A DNA stretch of 63,947 bases, counting the filler, from Perkinsus chesapeaki ATCC PRA-425 (taxonomy: Eukaryota; Protista; Perkinsozoa): the NCBI GenBank assembly GCA_013115145.1. It is 10 parts of 10 records of this genome, joined end to end, with 100 filler letters (N's around TTAATTAATTAA, not from the genome) between each part and the next. Parts side by side here need not be neighbours in the genome. Positions count along the whole stretch, not along the records: positions 15,368 to 33,978 come from JAAPAO010000659.1; positions 34,079 to 37,188 come from JAAPAO010001457.1; 8 more parts are not named here. The stretch is one strand, 5' to 3'. Under the pieces are notes generated by a model that saw only the letters and a list, made by a program, of their open reading frames with translations, was not told the origin of the DNA and made no database searches. Shown in pieces: positions 24,601-36,847 of this stretch. Within the stretch, counting starts at the first letter, position 1; each line of letters opens with the position of its first letter. Both the position numbers and the translations under genes were made by a program.

Positions 24601-25358
24601 GGACCTTCATATCACCAGCTGTCATTGCGTCGTAGGCCGTCATCATCGTTATCTTCCGGCCTTGTCGGTGAAATTTATTGAGTTGAGTTAAACTCACTTT
24701 CTTCGGCAGTTTCATTTTCTTATCTGAAAAACGTCAACACTTTCGAAAGTGACGCTTTTAAAGAAAGATCGGACGATAGACCACCAAAAAATACCCAACG
24801 CTGAATTTCAGACTCGACTTCCGGAACTGGAAGGTCAATAAAGCCACCCTGCTCGGGTGTAATGAAGATGCAATCCAATCAACGAGTTTGTTACATTAGC
24901 AACAGTAATATAACTCCGGCCGATTTTTCAGTAGGGGGAGTTTCAATTTCAAGTACATCTGTGTAAGACTGAGAGATATTTCGACCCTTTTAGGAATGCA
25001 ATAACGTCCCACTTTTATTACCATGTGACGAAGCCTTGGCGCTCCCGTACGGCGACGCAGATGAGAACATCCTTGCAGGCCTGTGACTGAAAAAATAGAA
25101 ATGACCTTGAATTTGGTAGACCGCAGGCAAGTGGGTCGATTGGGTTTGTGAGGGAACTGGTTAAAATACATTCATCAATATCAGACCCGAACAGAAAAAA
25201 TTTTAAAATAGTTTTTTTTTCGGAAAAATTTAGGAATTTTTCGTATTATGATTTTCTTACTTGATTGTTGCAGAGCGAGTAGCTGACGTTCGCAAAGCGG
25301 ATGAAAGGACTTGTTGACAGGCAGATGTGGCTCGATGGAGGGGCACAAGAGAAGACAT
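18664..25358 (-). CDS. panB-panE: Bifunctional ketopantoate hydroxymethyltransferase / ketopantoate reductase (PanB-PanE fusion), many exons, mitochondrial-type presequence
   Basis: PanB exons: [58 protein letters not shown]...[30 protein letters not shown]. These join in frame across a 50-nt intron (22277-22326) to PanE exons: [46 protein letters not shown]...[16 protein letters not shown]. Exact 5' and 3' ends are inferred. Confidence 0.85.
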
Positions 25359-26477
25359 ACGGGGGGGGCAAGCAACTGGGGGAGGAGGGGGGGGTTAAGA
25401 TGGTAATAATCTTATTATTAGTTATATTATGAATAGTCAGAGATGGGTGTGAAGGAGTAGGGATTTATCATTAATAACATATTTCCTATCGAGTTTATCA
25501 TTATATTCCATCCCTTATAATAATAACATTTATTATACACTCATCACCTATATAAGGTATCGAGGAGACTATATAAAAGATGATATCATTGGACATTTAA
25601 TATTAACGATTATATTAATAACATATCTCCTATCAAGTTTACCATTATACCGAATGCAATAACATTGATTATAGTGCCATCTTTGCAGTAACATTACCCC
25701 TTCTCGGTGTCTGGAATTTTCCCGATTTTTTCCAAATATTACATATTTTGCGTCCACTATATAACTCAAGATTATAAAGAGTATAACAAATAGTACATCA
25801 ACTCCAAACATAACGAAATATCCCACCGGCCCAGTTGCACCCCAGCCGTCGACGGCGTGCGCTAAAGCAAGGAAAAAGGCGCGCGCCCAAAAATGGCAAC
25901 TGCGCAGAATCTTGGAGATGGTTTTCGGCAAAGGTTACCCCCGCGCGAGAAGAAAAATACTTATCGTTTGCAGATGAGGGAGCGAAATACCAATTCCTCC
26001 TAAGCTCCTTAGAAATTTGTATTCTCCAAGCTTTTCGGTGCCTCGAAAAACCTAAAAACTTCACAAAAAGATTTACAGTAATTGACACGAGTTCTCATTT
26101 TAGGTTGCTGCGGAGCTGCTGAATTTCAGAACATTTTCATTGAAACACAGCCTCTTTGTTATATGTCAACTTAAATGAAAGTTACATTGACAAGGCAGGA
26201 GCTAGTCTTAGCGGTGATAATTGATGATTGGCATAGTACCTATGCAGAGCTAACGGCGGCCTTAACGGGGCTCATTACAGGCAATATGCTCCCTAGCATC
26301 ACGAAGAGGACTATCCTTCCCCAACCTACCCAAAGGAATCAAAGTCATATTGATGGTTAATTATTGCTCATTTGTAATATTATTATAGCTAAATATTAAT
26401 CTGCTCTTTATCAGGTCATCGGATACAGTGTATAATGGCCTTGCCACACGGCGATGCCCTTTTCCTTATTAACCAGC

Positions 26478-26794
26478 AAGTGAAGGTCCATCGAATTAAG
26501 CTTGGATTGACCGCCAATGGCCGGCCAAAGGAATCGTCCGTGATTGGAAATCTTCAGGTTGTATTAGGATGATAATGTATAGATTATATATATCATCTTT
26601 ACCGTTATATTATATAAATATACCATATTATCTCCATCTTTATCATCCAATTCGGATGCCGATATACTTTTCACCAAGCAACCGGCAGAAAATGAACAAG
26701 CTAAGATTGAGGAAGAGGCGAAGTGTAATCCGCTTCCAAATGAGGAACGGGAAATCGCTGAAGTGTGGGGAGATGAGGAAGATTGTAATGATTG
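26478..26794 (+). pseudogene. Internally deleted duplicate of the hypothetical gene at about 30.7-32.2 kb
   Basis: Two blocks (VKxHRIKLGLTANGRP and KIEEEAKCxPLxNEEREIAEVWGDEE) match 30864-30912 and 32063-32230. They are about 130 bp apart here and about 1150 bp apart there. Confidence 0.5.
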
Positions 26795-28091
26795 ATATAC
26801 TGTTCGGTGGTTAAAGTATATAATGGCCTTGTCACACTGAGGTGGTGTCCCTTCCCTTATTAATCTTTCCTGACAAGTATCACCTCATTGTGTTAGTGTT
26901 GCCATCAATCTCTGGGAGGAATGAGTTTCATTATTCGAGTTGTTAATTGTGAAAGCTACACTAAGTCAGATAGACCATACGAGAATCTTTGCCGAGATAG
27001 GCTTGCATTAATCTTCACCGAATATAATTTTGCATTGAGCGGGCAGCTGTCGATTTGGAAATGGCCAGGGCCCAATCAATAAGGACTGACAAAGTCCGAC
27101 ACTGACCATGCTGGTGAGGACCGGATGAGGTGTCCCAACACTGAGCATGCTGGCCACTAAAATCGAAGATCTTCGGCTCTCTCAGCATTTTATTAGGCTA
27201 CTTGGAATGACAGATTTTCCGAAACAGGTGTGTTAGATTTCCCCTCCTCCGCAATGGCAGTGCCTCCGACGGCCAGCACTCTCATGCCGAGTTCGATAGG
27301 CTCCTTACCATCGACCATCTATGACATCGACATATCGGCCTCACGGTATGACATACATAGTAACCAGGTATATACGAGAGCGCATTCTATTATAGAGGAG
27401 GAGGAGGAGGAGGAGCAAAATGGTGAGTCCAGACAAAGCAATCGATGCCGTTATTTTAATTTCGAAATTTCCTATTTTTTTAATTGACAGGATGCCTCAT
27501 GCCAGTTGATTCTATTTGTACTTTAAGAAGATGCACAAATGCTTATTCAGATACGACCGAGAGAGAACTGCTACGAGATGGAATAGAAATAAGTAAGTGG
27601 TGATAGATGGGTCATTCCTACAAATAATGTACTGACTGGGCAAAAGGAATGCATTTAGATCGACCACGGGCAATTCCTTTGGCGAGTGTGTATGGCTATT
27701 ATATATAGGATTCATCATCGCTAGCCATCATTAACCAATCACCCGGCATCTTAAAGGAAGGCAATACCACCTCAATGGTTACTAGTGGGAGGGCTTCTGT
27801 ATTATACTTTATTCATTCGACCTTGTGCCTTGATTGAATGTGCTCATCGAGGGTTGGAAATTGTTCCCCAGTGCGAAGAGTTGGCGGCAATCTCGATAGT
27901 AAATTCTTAACGACACTTAGACAGCAAATACATCTCTCTTGAGAGCGTTTGTCGAACCCTATGATCAAGCTGTATCCAGCGGCCTGGAGTGGTTTAGTGC
28001 CCCGACCAAGACGCTTTTCTGGAAATAGGGCTTTTTCGAAACGCTCAACACATTTCAAGACCATTTCCTCCTGCTCCATTTCTCGGTCTCA

Positions 28092-28300
28092 GATTCCTCT
28101 GAGTTGGGCTATTACTGCCGAGCATGTCTGGAGTCGCTGGCGAGTCTGTGGGAGGCCCGACAGCATGTCGGATTGCAGACCCATAAGGATGCCATGAGGG
28201 CCTATATTGATATGACTGACGACAGCAGCAGTAGTAGTGATGATGATGACCCATACGGGCCGAGAGGGAGATCTCCAGAGCGATCGGAGAGCAGAGGATC
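28092..28300 (+). CDS. Exon encoding a U1/matrin-type C2H2 zinc finger (gene limits unknown)
   Basis: YYCRACLESLASLWEARQHVGLQTHK fits Y-x-C-x2-C-x12-H-x5-H-K, followed by an acidic/RS-like low-complexity tail. Confidence 0.45.
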
Positions 28301-30698
28301 GATTATGAGTGGTAGGTTAGGTTGGTTACGGATCACGAGCCTCGACTTGTGGATCGAACTTGCATCGACTGCATTCCTATTTCTGGGGAGTTCGTAAGAT
28401 TCTTTATTGCTCATCGTTACGTACATGCTTACTTTTCCTGTTTCAAGCTCCTCTCGATTCCTAAACTGCCGATGCATATTGATTTCTTATGGGAAGTTGC
28501 TGTTATGTAATCTCGTTTCATCCGTCCCCATCAATTCTTCGAGCACTCCGTCAGTATTATGAACAGCAATGATTCCAAGAGCTATCGCTTTCAACTTCCC
28601 CTCAATCGTTAGCATCAGCATCATCTCCCAATCCCAATTTTACAAATTGCTGGTGCGCTTTTGCCTCATCAAAAGGGGTGCTAGGATCGTCGATTCGCGA
28701 GTCCAGAATTTATGCAATGAAAAGTATCAGCTACTTCTATTTTGCAATCAAGAGCAAATCTTCAAAGAGACAAAATACGTATTACCAGCAAAATGGCGGA
28801 ATGATAAGCACCTCAGGGCAACACTCTCCGAGTCGAGACTGCCAGCGACACTCGCAATCAACATCCCGTTGGTTGTTCTCAGCTACCTTGAAGATTCTGC
28901 TGTCTGTTGGATATTTTCTTTCTCAGAGATTCCCACTTCCTCCCGACCTTCCCGACCATCCTTCCCTCCACCCGCCTCATATAGTTCATTCGGCACCACC
29001 AGCACCAATAGAGTCTCACTTACTCCACGGCAGCATTCTTCGAGGTAAGGTTACTTTTACTAGTTTGTCGATGAGGTCCGAATGCTCATCACTGAATCAC
29101 TTTCCCCTCAGGCCGAGTTCGGCGCGAGTTCGGCTAACTCCAGCGTCGAGGTAAGATTCCCCGGGTTGCCCTCTGTGAAGGTTGTCTATATTCCAGCCCA
29201 TTTTCCTCGGAGTAGCTTGTGAGTTATTGGGCTTTAGATTTTGGCCGTTTCTATGATTCTTTCTGGTTCCTTGACCGACTCGGTCACTCCATTCCCTCTT
29301 ACCATCTTGTCGCTGTCAGATCTGAAGCCTCCATGAGCAGCATGAGTTCTAACTTTGCATCCTTTGGGGGAGTTGACACGCCACCGACAAGCCGGCTCAG
29401 TTCTCAATCCATCACAGATGCTCATTATCGACAGCTTAGGTGGGTTAACAATTCAGGAAAGCATGCGGGCATTTATTTGCAATCGTCTAGATAAAAACTG
29501 AGTTCACTTTTGACATCCTATTTTTATATAGCTTTAGTTCTTCCCCATCACCCCCTATCTGTAGGTCTCCTTCTCACTCGAAGTTTCGGTATCACTTCAC
29601 CAATAATCACTATATTACTCCACCCACAGCATTACCCTTCCATCTCTCTCAGTGGCCCGCCCTCCCCTCCCTCCTATCGATTCCTCGGAGCTGTTCACAC
29701 CGATCGAACCATCGGTCGAACGCCAGATGAATTTCTGGCAAGTCGTCGAGGGTTAACACCCAACTCGTCTGACTCGCGAAGGTCAGTGAAATCAACCTTG
29801 GAGAATCTTGACTTGCTTTTCAGGGACTTTTGCCAGTCTTGGCGATATGGCGATGATGAAGAGAGGCCTTGGCGGGCACAGAAACGATTGCGAGAATGTG
29901 ATGAGGAGAAGGCAGTCATATTGAAGGCTAAGATTCCAAGGGAGACTCCAGTGTAGGGGGGAGGAAAGGGAAAGTTAATAGAATTAATTGGCCATTAGTA
30001 GTAGCAGGAAAATGGAATACACGGCCTAGCGTTCGAGATGAGAAAGGGATTGGCATTTTTTATGTTTGAGGTACGATGCTGAGGTTTATCTTGGCCAACC
30101 AGGGGAGAAGTACGGTGGAGAATGGTGCGAGGATGCCGGATGTTGGCTCACCGAAGTTCAGCCAATTTGTGTTGTCGTTGGCGGCACTGTTATTGAGGAG
30201 CAGCCTGATGAAGAGATAGGTAACTGAGCGAAGACACTTGACGGGAAGATTTCGGTCAAAATTTTTCCCTGGATCAAAAAAGTTCGCAATAACGAATTGC
30301 TAGAGTATCGTGGATTCAATCAGTATCCCGCAGATTGAGAAAGCGCTTGCCTTCATTTTGGTAACATCTATCACTCGGTTGCCTGCTAGCAGTCTGTGAA
30401 AGTGGTCCCCCTTGAATTTCAGTGACATCGGTGATGCCAGTCAAACAGCCCTCGCAAGCCAGTGTGGCATCGAATCAGTTTAGGAAGTTCTGAAATTGGA
30501 ATTTTTCCGAATTCTGGAATTTTTCCTTTATCAATTTTTGGGTCGTATTCGTTTGTCGTTGAAATGCTTCCCTAAGATTTATTACATTTCAGTTATCCTC
30601 GATACTTCCATTCGATGCGAGATTTGTAAGCTTTATGTTGACACTCATGATGCGAGTAAGAAGATTCCCCGAGGTTAATTTCGGTGACCATCTCGTTC

Positions 30699-32246
30699 AG
30701 GCGAAGAAGAAGTCATCAGAATTAAATATGATCATCAATCTAATCCGGTGAGACTTGCAACTCTTTTTATCTTGTATATCGCTACGACAGGCCCACCTTG
30801 TCCGTCGGGAAAAAATGCGCAAAAGGTTTGGCATCTGTGAGGCGTTTAATCGAGAAATCGATAAAGTGAAGGCCCATCGAATTAAGCTTGGATTGACCGC
30901 CAATGGCCGGCCGCGACAGTAAGGAGGCGAGGGTAGGACAAACCTTTTTTGTAGGACAACGGCTTCGGCTCTCAAACACTGAGAACTCTGGGCAAGTACC
31001 TTTGCACGAGAGAGCTCTTCTCCAACTACACAACTTCGCACTGGACAGATTTACGCCGAAATGAGGTCTTCGTGCAGTCGGTCCTCGCCAACTGTGAGAA
31101 CTCGACCAATTAGCCAGTCTCGATTATCTTTTTGCCGATAGTACTTTCATAATACCATTTCCGCTTTTCAGAACTGGACTGAAAGATGTGTGGTTTCATT
31201 TTTCGGAGGAGGGAACTTCCTTTGTCCGATTCCCTTTATCCGTGCAAGTATGTCTGTGAGTATCTTACGGTTTCAGTTTTTGGTGTACTTGTTGCGATGC
31301 ATATCTACAGTCACCAGAAGCAGTTCATTTCCATATCGGCATCAACGCTCATCGGGTAAGTCAATCGAAGACCAAAGGGGAGGGTTTTGTTCTCGCTGTC
31401 CGGTGGGCAAGTGATCATTTTATATGCTAATATCGATTCTGGTGTTTTCTGTCACCAAGCTCGATTGATTTGGCTGTGAAAATTGGTATCTTACTTCTGT
31501 TGATGGGTCACGCTCCGAGCTTGGATATGTTCCCCTCAGTCCAATCTGGAGTATCATGATTGGTGCTTTGAAGTCGGTCAAGATCCCAGGCTCTACTACA
31601 ACTCCGGCTGGCAGTGAGAAAGTCGTTCGAAGGTCATTCGGCAGTGTTGGTCTCAGTTTCCCAGTCAAAGAGGAACGGAAAGAAGAAGGGAAAGTGTTGC
31701 CGAAGTCAGACGAGATGAAGCTCGAAGATATCTCTTATTTGACCAAGGGGGATACTGCCGGTGCAAACTACTGTAAGTCATTGTTGCCCCAATTTTTGTC
31801 ACTCCACAAAAGGGGGACAGGCTCATTGTGTGCGTTGTCCCATTCTAAATGCTCGACAAACTCTGTAATCTAATAGTTATTTGTCTCTTCTTCAGGTTGC
31901 CGTTGTAATGTGACGCTGACATCTCCTTGGGAGATTCAGAAGCATCTTCGAACCAAAACTCATCGAGAGAGGTAGACTGGAATTCATTCGATGGTTTTGG
32001 ATTTTCCACAGGTCGGCTGTCGGACAGCAGGTGGACGAGCGGCCGCCGTTAATCGAACTGGAGGCCGATATACTTTTCACCAAGCAACCGACAGAAAAGG
32101 AAGGAGAAACGGAAACGACAGAAAAGGAAGGAGAAACGGAAACGACAGAAGTTAAGATTGAGGAAGAGGCGAAGTGTGATCCGCTTTCGAATGAGGAACG
32201 GGAAATCGCTGAAGTGTGGGGAGATGAGGAAAATTCAGGAGGGTGA
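30699..32246 (+). CDS. Hypothetical multi-exon protein, C-terminal part
   Basis: GT-AG-bounded open segments (AHLVRREKMRKRFGICEAFNREIDKVKAHR...; ...KIEEEAKCDPLSNEEREIAEVWGDEENSGG*). Conserved in the paralog at 26.5 kb; contains a 27-nt TEKEGETET duplication. Confidence 0.35.
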
Positions 32247-32551
32247 GAGAATTCGCTTGCAGGATTTCAGCTGGAAATGCATCTTACAGTTGTCCTGCGT
32301 CGGCGGCGGTTGAGTTTGATAGGATGGTTGCAGCGATCATCAACGGTGAAAGCATCGAGCAATCATTTTGAACGTTGCGAAGATGAGTAGGAGCCTCTCA
32401 GTTGGCCGCCGTTGATGTTTTACATGATGTGATTGTTTCTTACTATTTATTCTGTTGTGTGTTCTAGTGGGCGTGTGACACATTGACAAACTCGGCTAAC
32501 ACAGTCAACCGGAAACCTTGTTAAAAAGCTGCCATCGGCGAGTTAAGATTC

Positions 32552-32983
32552 TCAGTAGCTTTCCTCGATATCAGCATCCCATTCCCCAAGGCACGCCTGA
32601 AACCCAAGAACGTAGCCATTGTGTTGCATAACCAATTCATCGGACTCGTTGTAGTATTTTATACGAGTGAAGTCATCCTTATTGAAGAAGAACTTGTCAT
32701 CAACATCATCAGTAAAAATCTTAACGGTTTTTTCCTCGGGGAGATATTCATAAGTGGCATGCGAGAAGCCTCGCCTACGCCTCCACCAAAGCCCGAAGCA
32801 GAAGAAGTCATATCGAGCATAGGAAACATCGGTCATGTTCCAGAAAGTGATATCATGACGTACTCTAGGTTTCAGCAACGAACCAGTTGTTGGTGTCGAG
32901 CAGTAGCGTTTGGGGAAGTAGTCTTGTAGATCCGTCGAAGAGGAGAAAGCCAATACGGCGACAATGGCGATGAGTTTAAACAT
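32552..32983 (-). CDS. Small secreted orphan protein, intronless
   Basis: MFKLIAIVAVLAFSSS signal peptide at ATG 32983; 143-aa aromatic-rich mature region with no recognised domain. Confidence 0.55.
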   Translation of the reverse strand: MFKLIAIVAVLAFSSSTDLQDYFPKRYCSTPTTGSLLKPRVRHDITFWNMTDVSYARYDFFCFGLWWRRRRGFSHATYEYLPEEKTVKIFTDDVDDKFFFNKDDFTRIKYYNESDELVMQHNGYVLGFQACLGEWDADIEESY

Positions 32984-34689
32984 GAGGGAGGGTAATGTAG
33001 AGAGAGTTGGCGATGAGCGAAGGAGAGGTGATGTGACGCCTCTAGGTGTGACGCCGTACGCGCGACTTGAAGGCTTACTCGCGGGGAGGCGCATTTCGAG
33101 TTCGTATGGTGTTGGCCTGCCTGATGGATGCCTTCCCATTAAAGAGCGTCATGTGAGGCGTGGCTAGCGATTCGTGCCACTTTGCAATCGGCGGAAAGGT
33201 CCTAGTTGCCCCTCCTAAGGATTCGATTGGATCGGTTGAATACGTACGGCCGAGACGCGGAGACGGCCTGTTCTAGAACTGTGAGCAGTTCTGATGATGG
33301 GAGACAAGAAAAGGTGCGGAGCACGACTTGTTGTGTGTAGAGTAAATAAGCGTAGTGCAGGGAGAGTTTGTAACTTCTTAGTTGTGCATTGTGTATTTTG
33401 CGCGAACGCGCCCCTGGGCGAGCGAGGTTCCTGATGGGAATCCTTCCGGCCCCGACTGAAAACAGTGAAGGTGCGCCTTTACAACAACTAAAGAGCTTGT
33501 GGTGTTTACTGCTAGTTTACACACTGAGGCTCATCTCAGCTTGGAGCGTCCGACGAGGAAATCTGACTTCCATTTTGTCCCTCCCGAAAAGATAGCGATT
33601 TACATAACGCATATATGCAAACGCTCGACTGATCGATTATCTCACTCGAAACTCGTCACCTGGACTCTTTTCTTCCTGTCGATCAAACCTACGACTGCTA
33701 GTGGGCTTCACCCGCGCCCAGCAGGCACACACCAGATAACTATATCCAACCCGACAGAATGTATAATATGTCATATACACACACATCGTACGACCTTACA
33801 CGCCAGCCGCCGATACGAGCCGTGACAGAGAGTCGTAGAGGTGCGTGGAATGTTTTGCACTTTTCACTAGGTCTTGTCGGGGCAACGTTCTATTGAACGA
33901 CCTTCTGTCCAGATCCCGCACTATAAAGGATCTGGAAATCTCGATCGCCCAGGACAGCGCGAAACGGCTCGGAGATCTNNNNNNNNNNNNNNNNNNNNNN
34001 NNNNNNNNNNNNNNNNNNNNNNTTAATTAATTAANNNNNNNNNNNNNNNNNNNNNNNNNNNNNNNNNNNNNNNNNNNNCGATTTTCTGAAGTTCTACCGG
34101 TCCGGGAGTCCCGGACCTGGTCTCGTAAAGATTCAGAAATACTTCTGATCTCTGTGGTTCATTGCGCAAAATAAGAAACATTGCGTCGCAAGTATGGACA
34201 AGTCGTTTGTAGTGTTACTCCAAAGTCTTATGAACTTAGTCATGAAAGAGCTAGGTTGTAGCTGTCGTATGCAGCTTGCATCGGGCCACTTGCCGCGGAA
34301 ATTGCAGGGAGGTCTGTGTCGTGTTGTTAATTCTAGTGTTTGACTAAAACAATTAGGACGACCAATTTAGTAGCTTAAGGTGTGTCTACCTTTGCCGGCC
34401 CCTTCATCGTGAACGCGATTCTTGAGATTGGGAGCTGCCGAGCAGTTACGGAGCAATGAGCAAGAAGATATAGAGCGAGCAAGACTATGTCGGAGCCTAC
34501 ATATTTTGAGTACTCATCGATAATTAGAAAAAAACCCTCAGCATCACAGAACATCAATCTCGGTGTTGAGTCATCCGGAGCTCAGTAAGCGTAAATATAA
34601 AAATTATGGGTGGGCTGAATATTGAATATATGGAATCGATACTGGATGTTGGGATGGACGGGGTTGGGGGGCGGGTTATGGATGGGATT

Positions 34690-34915
34690 ATCAGCTTCCA
34701 GCCACCAAAATCACAGTTATATTTTCATTGACACTGGCACTGTACACATCATGACATCACACACATCAGCTTCCAGCCACAACAACCACAGATGCATGTT
34801 TATAGAATCAGAAGGTATAAAAAATCATAACATCACACTCATCAGCCTCCAGCCACCAAAGTCACAGTTATTGGAGCCAGGCATACCTCAATTCTCAAGC
34901 CGATCGATGACAATA
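34690..34915 (+). repeat. Degenerate tandem repeat, about 3 units of about 76 bp
   Basis: ATCAGCYTCCAGCCAC recurs at 34690, 34765 and 34841 with similar downstream sequence. Confidence 0.55.
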
Positions 34916-35810
34916 TTGCAATCCATAAGGGATAGAGATGGTGGCAAACAACCGCCCAGGTAGTAACGTTGATTATTCCGATAAGTCATCCCTTCCTAAA
35001 TGCAGACGCGCAGCCTTTCGGTTGACTTGCCAAGTCACTTGCGGTTGTTCATCGTGCTACACCAATATTATTAGGTTCGATCATGTTGTAGTCTGCCTCA
35101 CCAATGCTGAGGTAGACAAGTGAAACGAGGAATACCTCAAGCTCATACCTTGGCAAGCGCAGGAGTTCAAGGCGCTCGATATCGAAGGTTCTACTCGGAC
35201 GCATGGCCTCCTCTTCGATTACAAGTCGGTGAGGGATCTCGGATATAGAGAGAAGGTTATTCTCAAGGAGGGGTGTAGAGTGATGGCGACCATTAATAGT
35301 TCTGCTACGACCGAGAAGGATAGCTTCACAAACGGACTTCACACCGGAAAAGTGCTGAGAATCTATCGCGACTTAGCCGGCCAGCCTACGGTGGTTGTAA
35401 AGTTCGATGGCTAAGACCATAACGTGCACGTGAAGCGGGAGACTCTAACTGTTTACGCTCGATATGGTTCTATTCGGTTCCAGCGGCAGCGAATACCTTT
35501 GAGAGTAGCGTATGCTGCAGCTGCTCATAAGCTCATAGGAGCTTCGCTGCCCGGTGTGTGGCTGCGATTACCTGCGAACCATGGTAGGCAAACTGACGAT
35601 ATCAGGCAATACTGGGACTCACCATGGCTGGCAGGCTTAATCTACACAGCCCTTAGTCGTGTGGGGATTCGCGAGAATATTCGTGTGTTTCCTCTCCGGA
35701 ATACAATGGATCCTCGGCTATTGTATCCAATCTTCTCGATGAATCCCCCGGCTCTACGGTTCGATGAATCCTGTGCTGAGAAATACTGGTTGCAACAAAC
35801 GCCGCAATAA
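34900..35810 (+). pseudogene. PIF1: Pif1-family helicase C-terminal half, decayed
   Basis: LTNAEVDK*NEEYL, VILKEGCRVMATIN...FTNG, RQRIPLRVAYAAAAHKLIGASL and LIYTALSRV match Pif1 motifs. In-frame stops at 35121 and 35412, with an upstream frameshift. Confidence 0.75.
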
Positions 35811-36013
35811 GCAGTCCCTCCCAGGGTTACTTCAAGCACGGATAGTAGGATGGAGGCTTAGGGCGATGTATCCCATGAGGGAGTAGCCCACCACATTTCT
35901 AGCATCATGAGAGAGCTTAAGGCTTGCAAGTCCAAGATGATGCTACTCCATCACTATACAACTAAGCGTCGGGCATCCCTTCTGGGGATCCCATCAATCC
36001 GGTCTTCTTTTGT

Positions 36014-36847
36014 ATGCAGAACCCTTCGCTCGAAGAGAAGATTGACGGCCTTTTTGTGGAAACTCAGATCAAGTTCTACGACTTGCTGGACGAGAAGCTC
36101 AATCTTACACACCCGAGGCCACATCCAGACCATCTGATGGACCTGATGCGAGACTGTGCATCTATGGCCATAGCTGGTACCAACCCTCGCAGAGACTCCG
36201 GCGAGGAGCCCAGCGGCGCCACCGTGACCGCCGAAGGCATGAACGAGTACCTGACAGATAATACTAGCAAGGACGACGGCTCCAGGGTCGACTATAGTTC
36301 ACCAGATGACCGGCAACATCCGCAAGACGAGGTTGAGGAGCCGGCCAACGACTATATCACGAGGGACGAGGATAACGCGACTGATTAGACTGATGCTTCT
36401 GTGGATGAGCCTGTTGAAATACCTTTGCAGCCTGATGAACCGCCCGCTGATGAGGCAGAATTCGCAGACCAGCCATTTACTGTGTACGAAGGGAGCATGT
36501 TTTCAGTGCTATCAGACTACCCGAAGGAGAAGCCACACTATCGGCTTGTAAGTAGCACTCTAGTGGAGCTGAGGGCGGCCCGGAAGTCGTGTTATCTTGA
36601 GTGTCATCGCTCGGTTTCATCTCGAATCGACGGACAAGACCCGAAGAAGGGAAGCAAGTCTGACTGGAGACTATGGCTGACATTTACCTGCCCTCTGAGA
36701 AGAGTGAAGGTGAAATCCTCTGAAAAGGGCGATGCCTGTCGTATCTTCTACGATCCGTCAGTGCTACCGCAGAGGAATGGCGCACTCATGAACACCATCC
36801 AGGGACTGAGCTCTCTAGGAGCGCGACGATTCCTCCCGATGTCATAG
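36014..36847 (+). pseudogene. Intronless ORF of unknown function interrupted by one TAG
   Basis: ORFs 36014-36388 and 36401-36847 are in the same frame and separated only by a TAG. Acidic linker followed by a globular-looking segment. Confidence 0.4.

Noticed and set aside
35121-36388. Single in-frame stops suggesting stop-codon reassignment or readthrough
   Set aside because: All three stop types are used as normal terminators by intact genes here, and the Pif1 region also has a frameshift and degraded motifs, so pseudogenisation is simpler.
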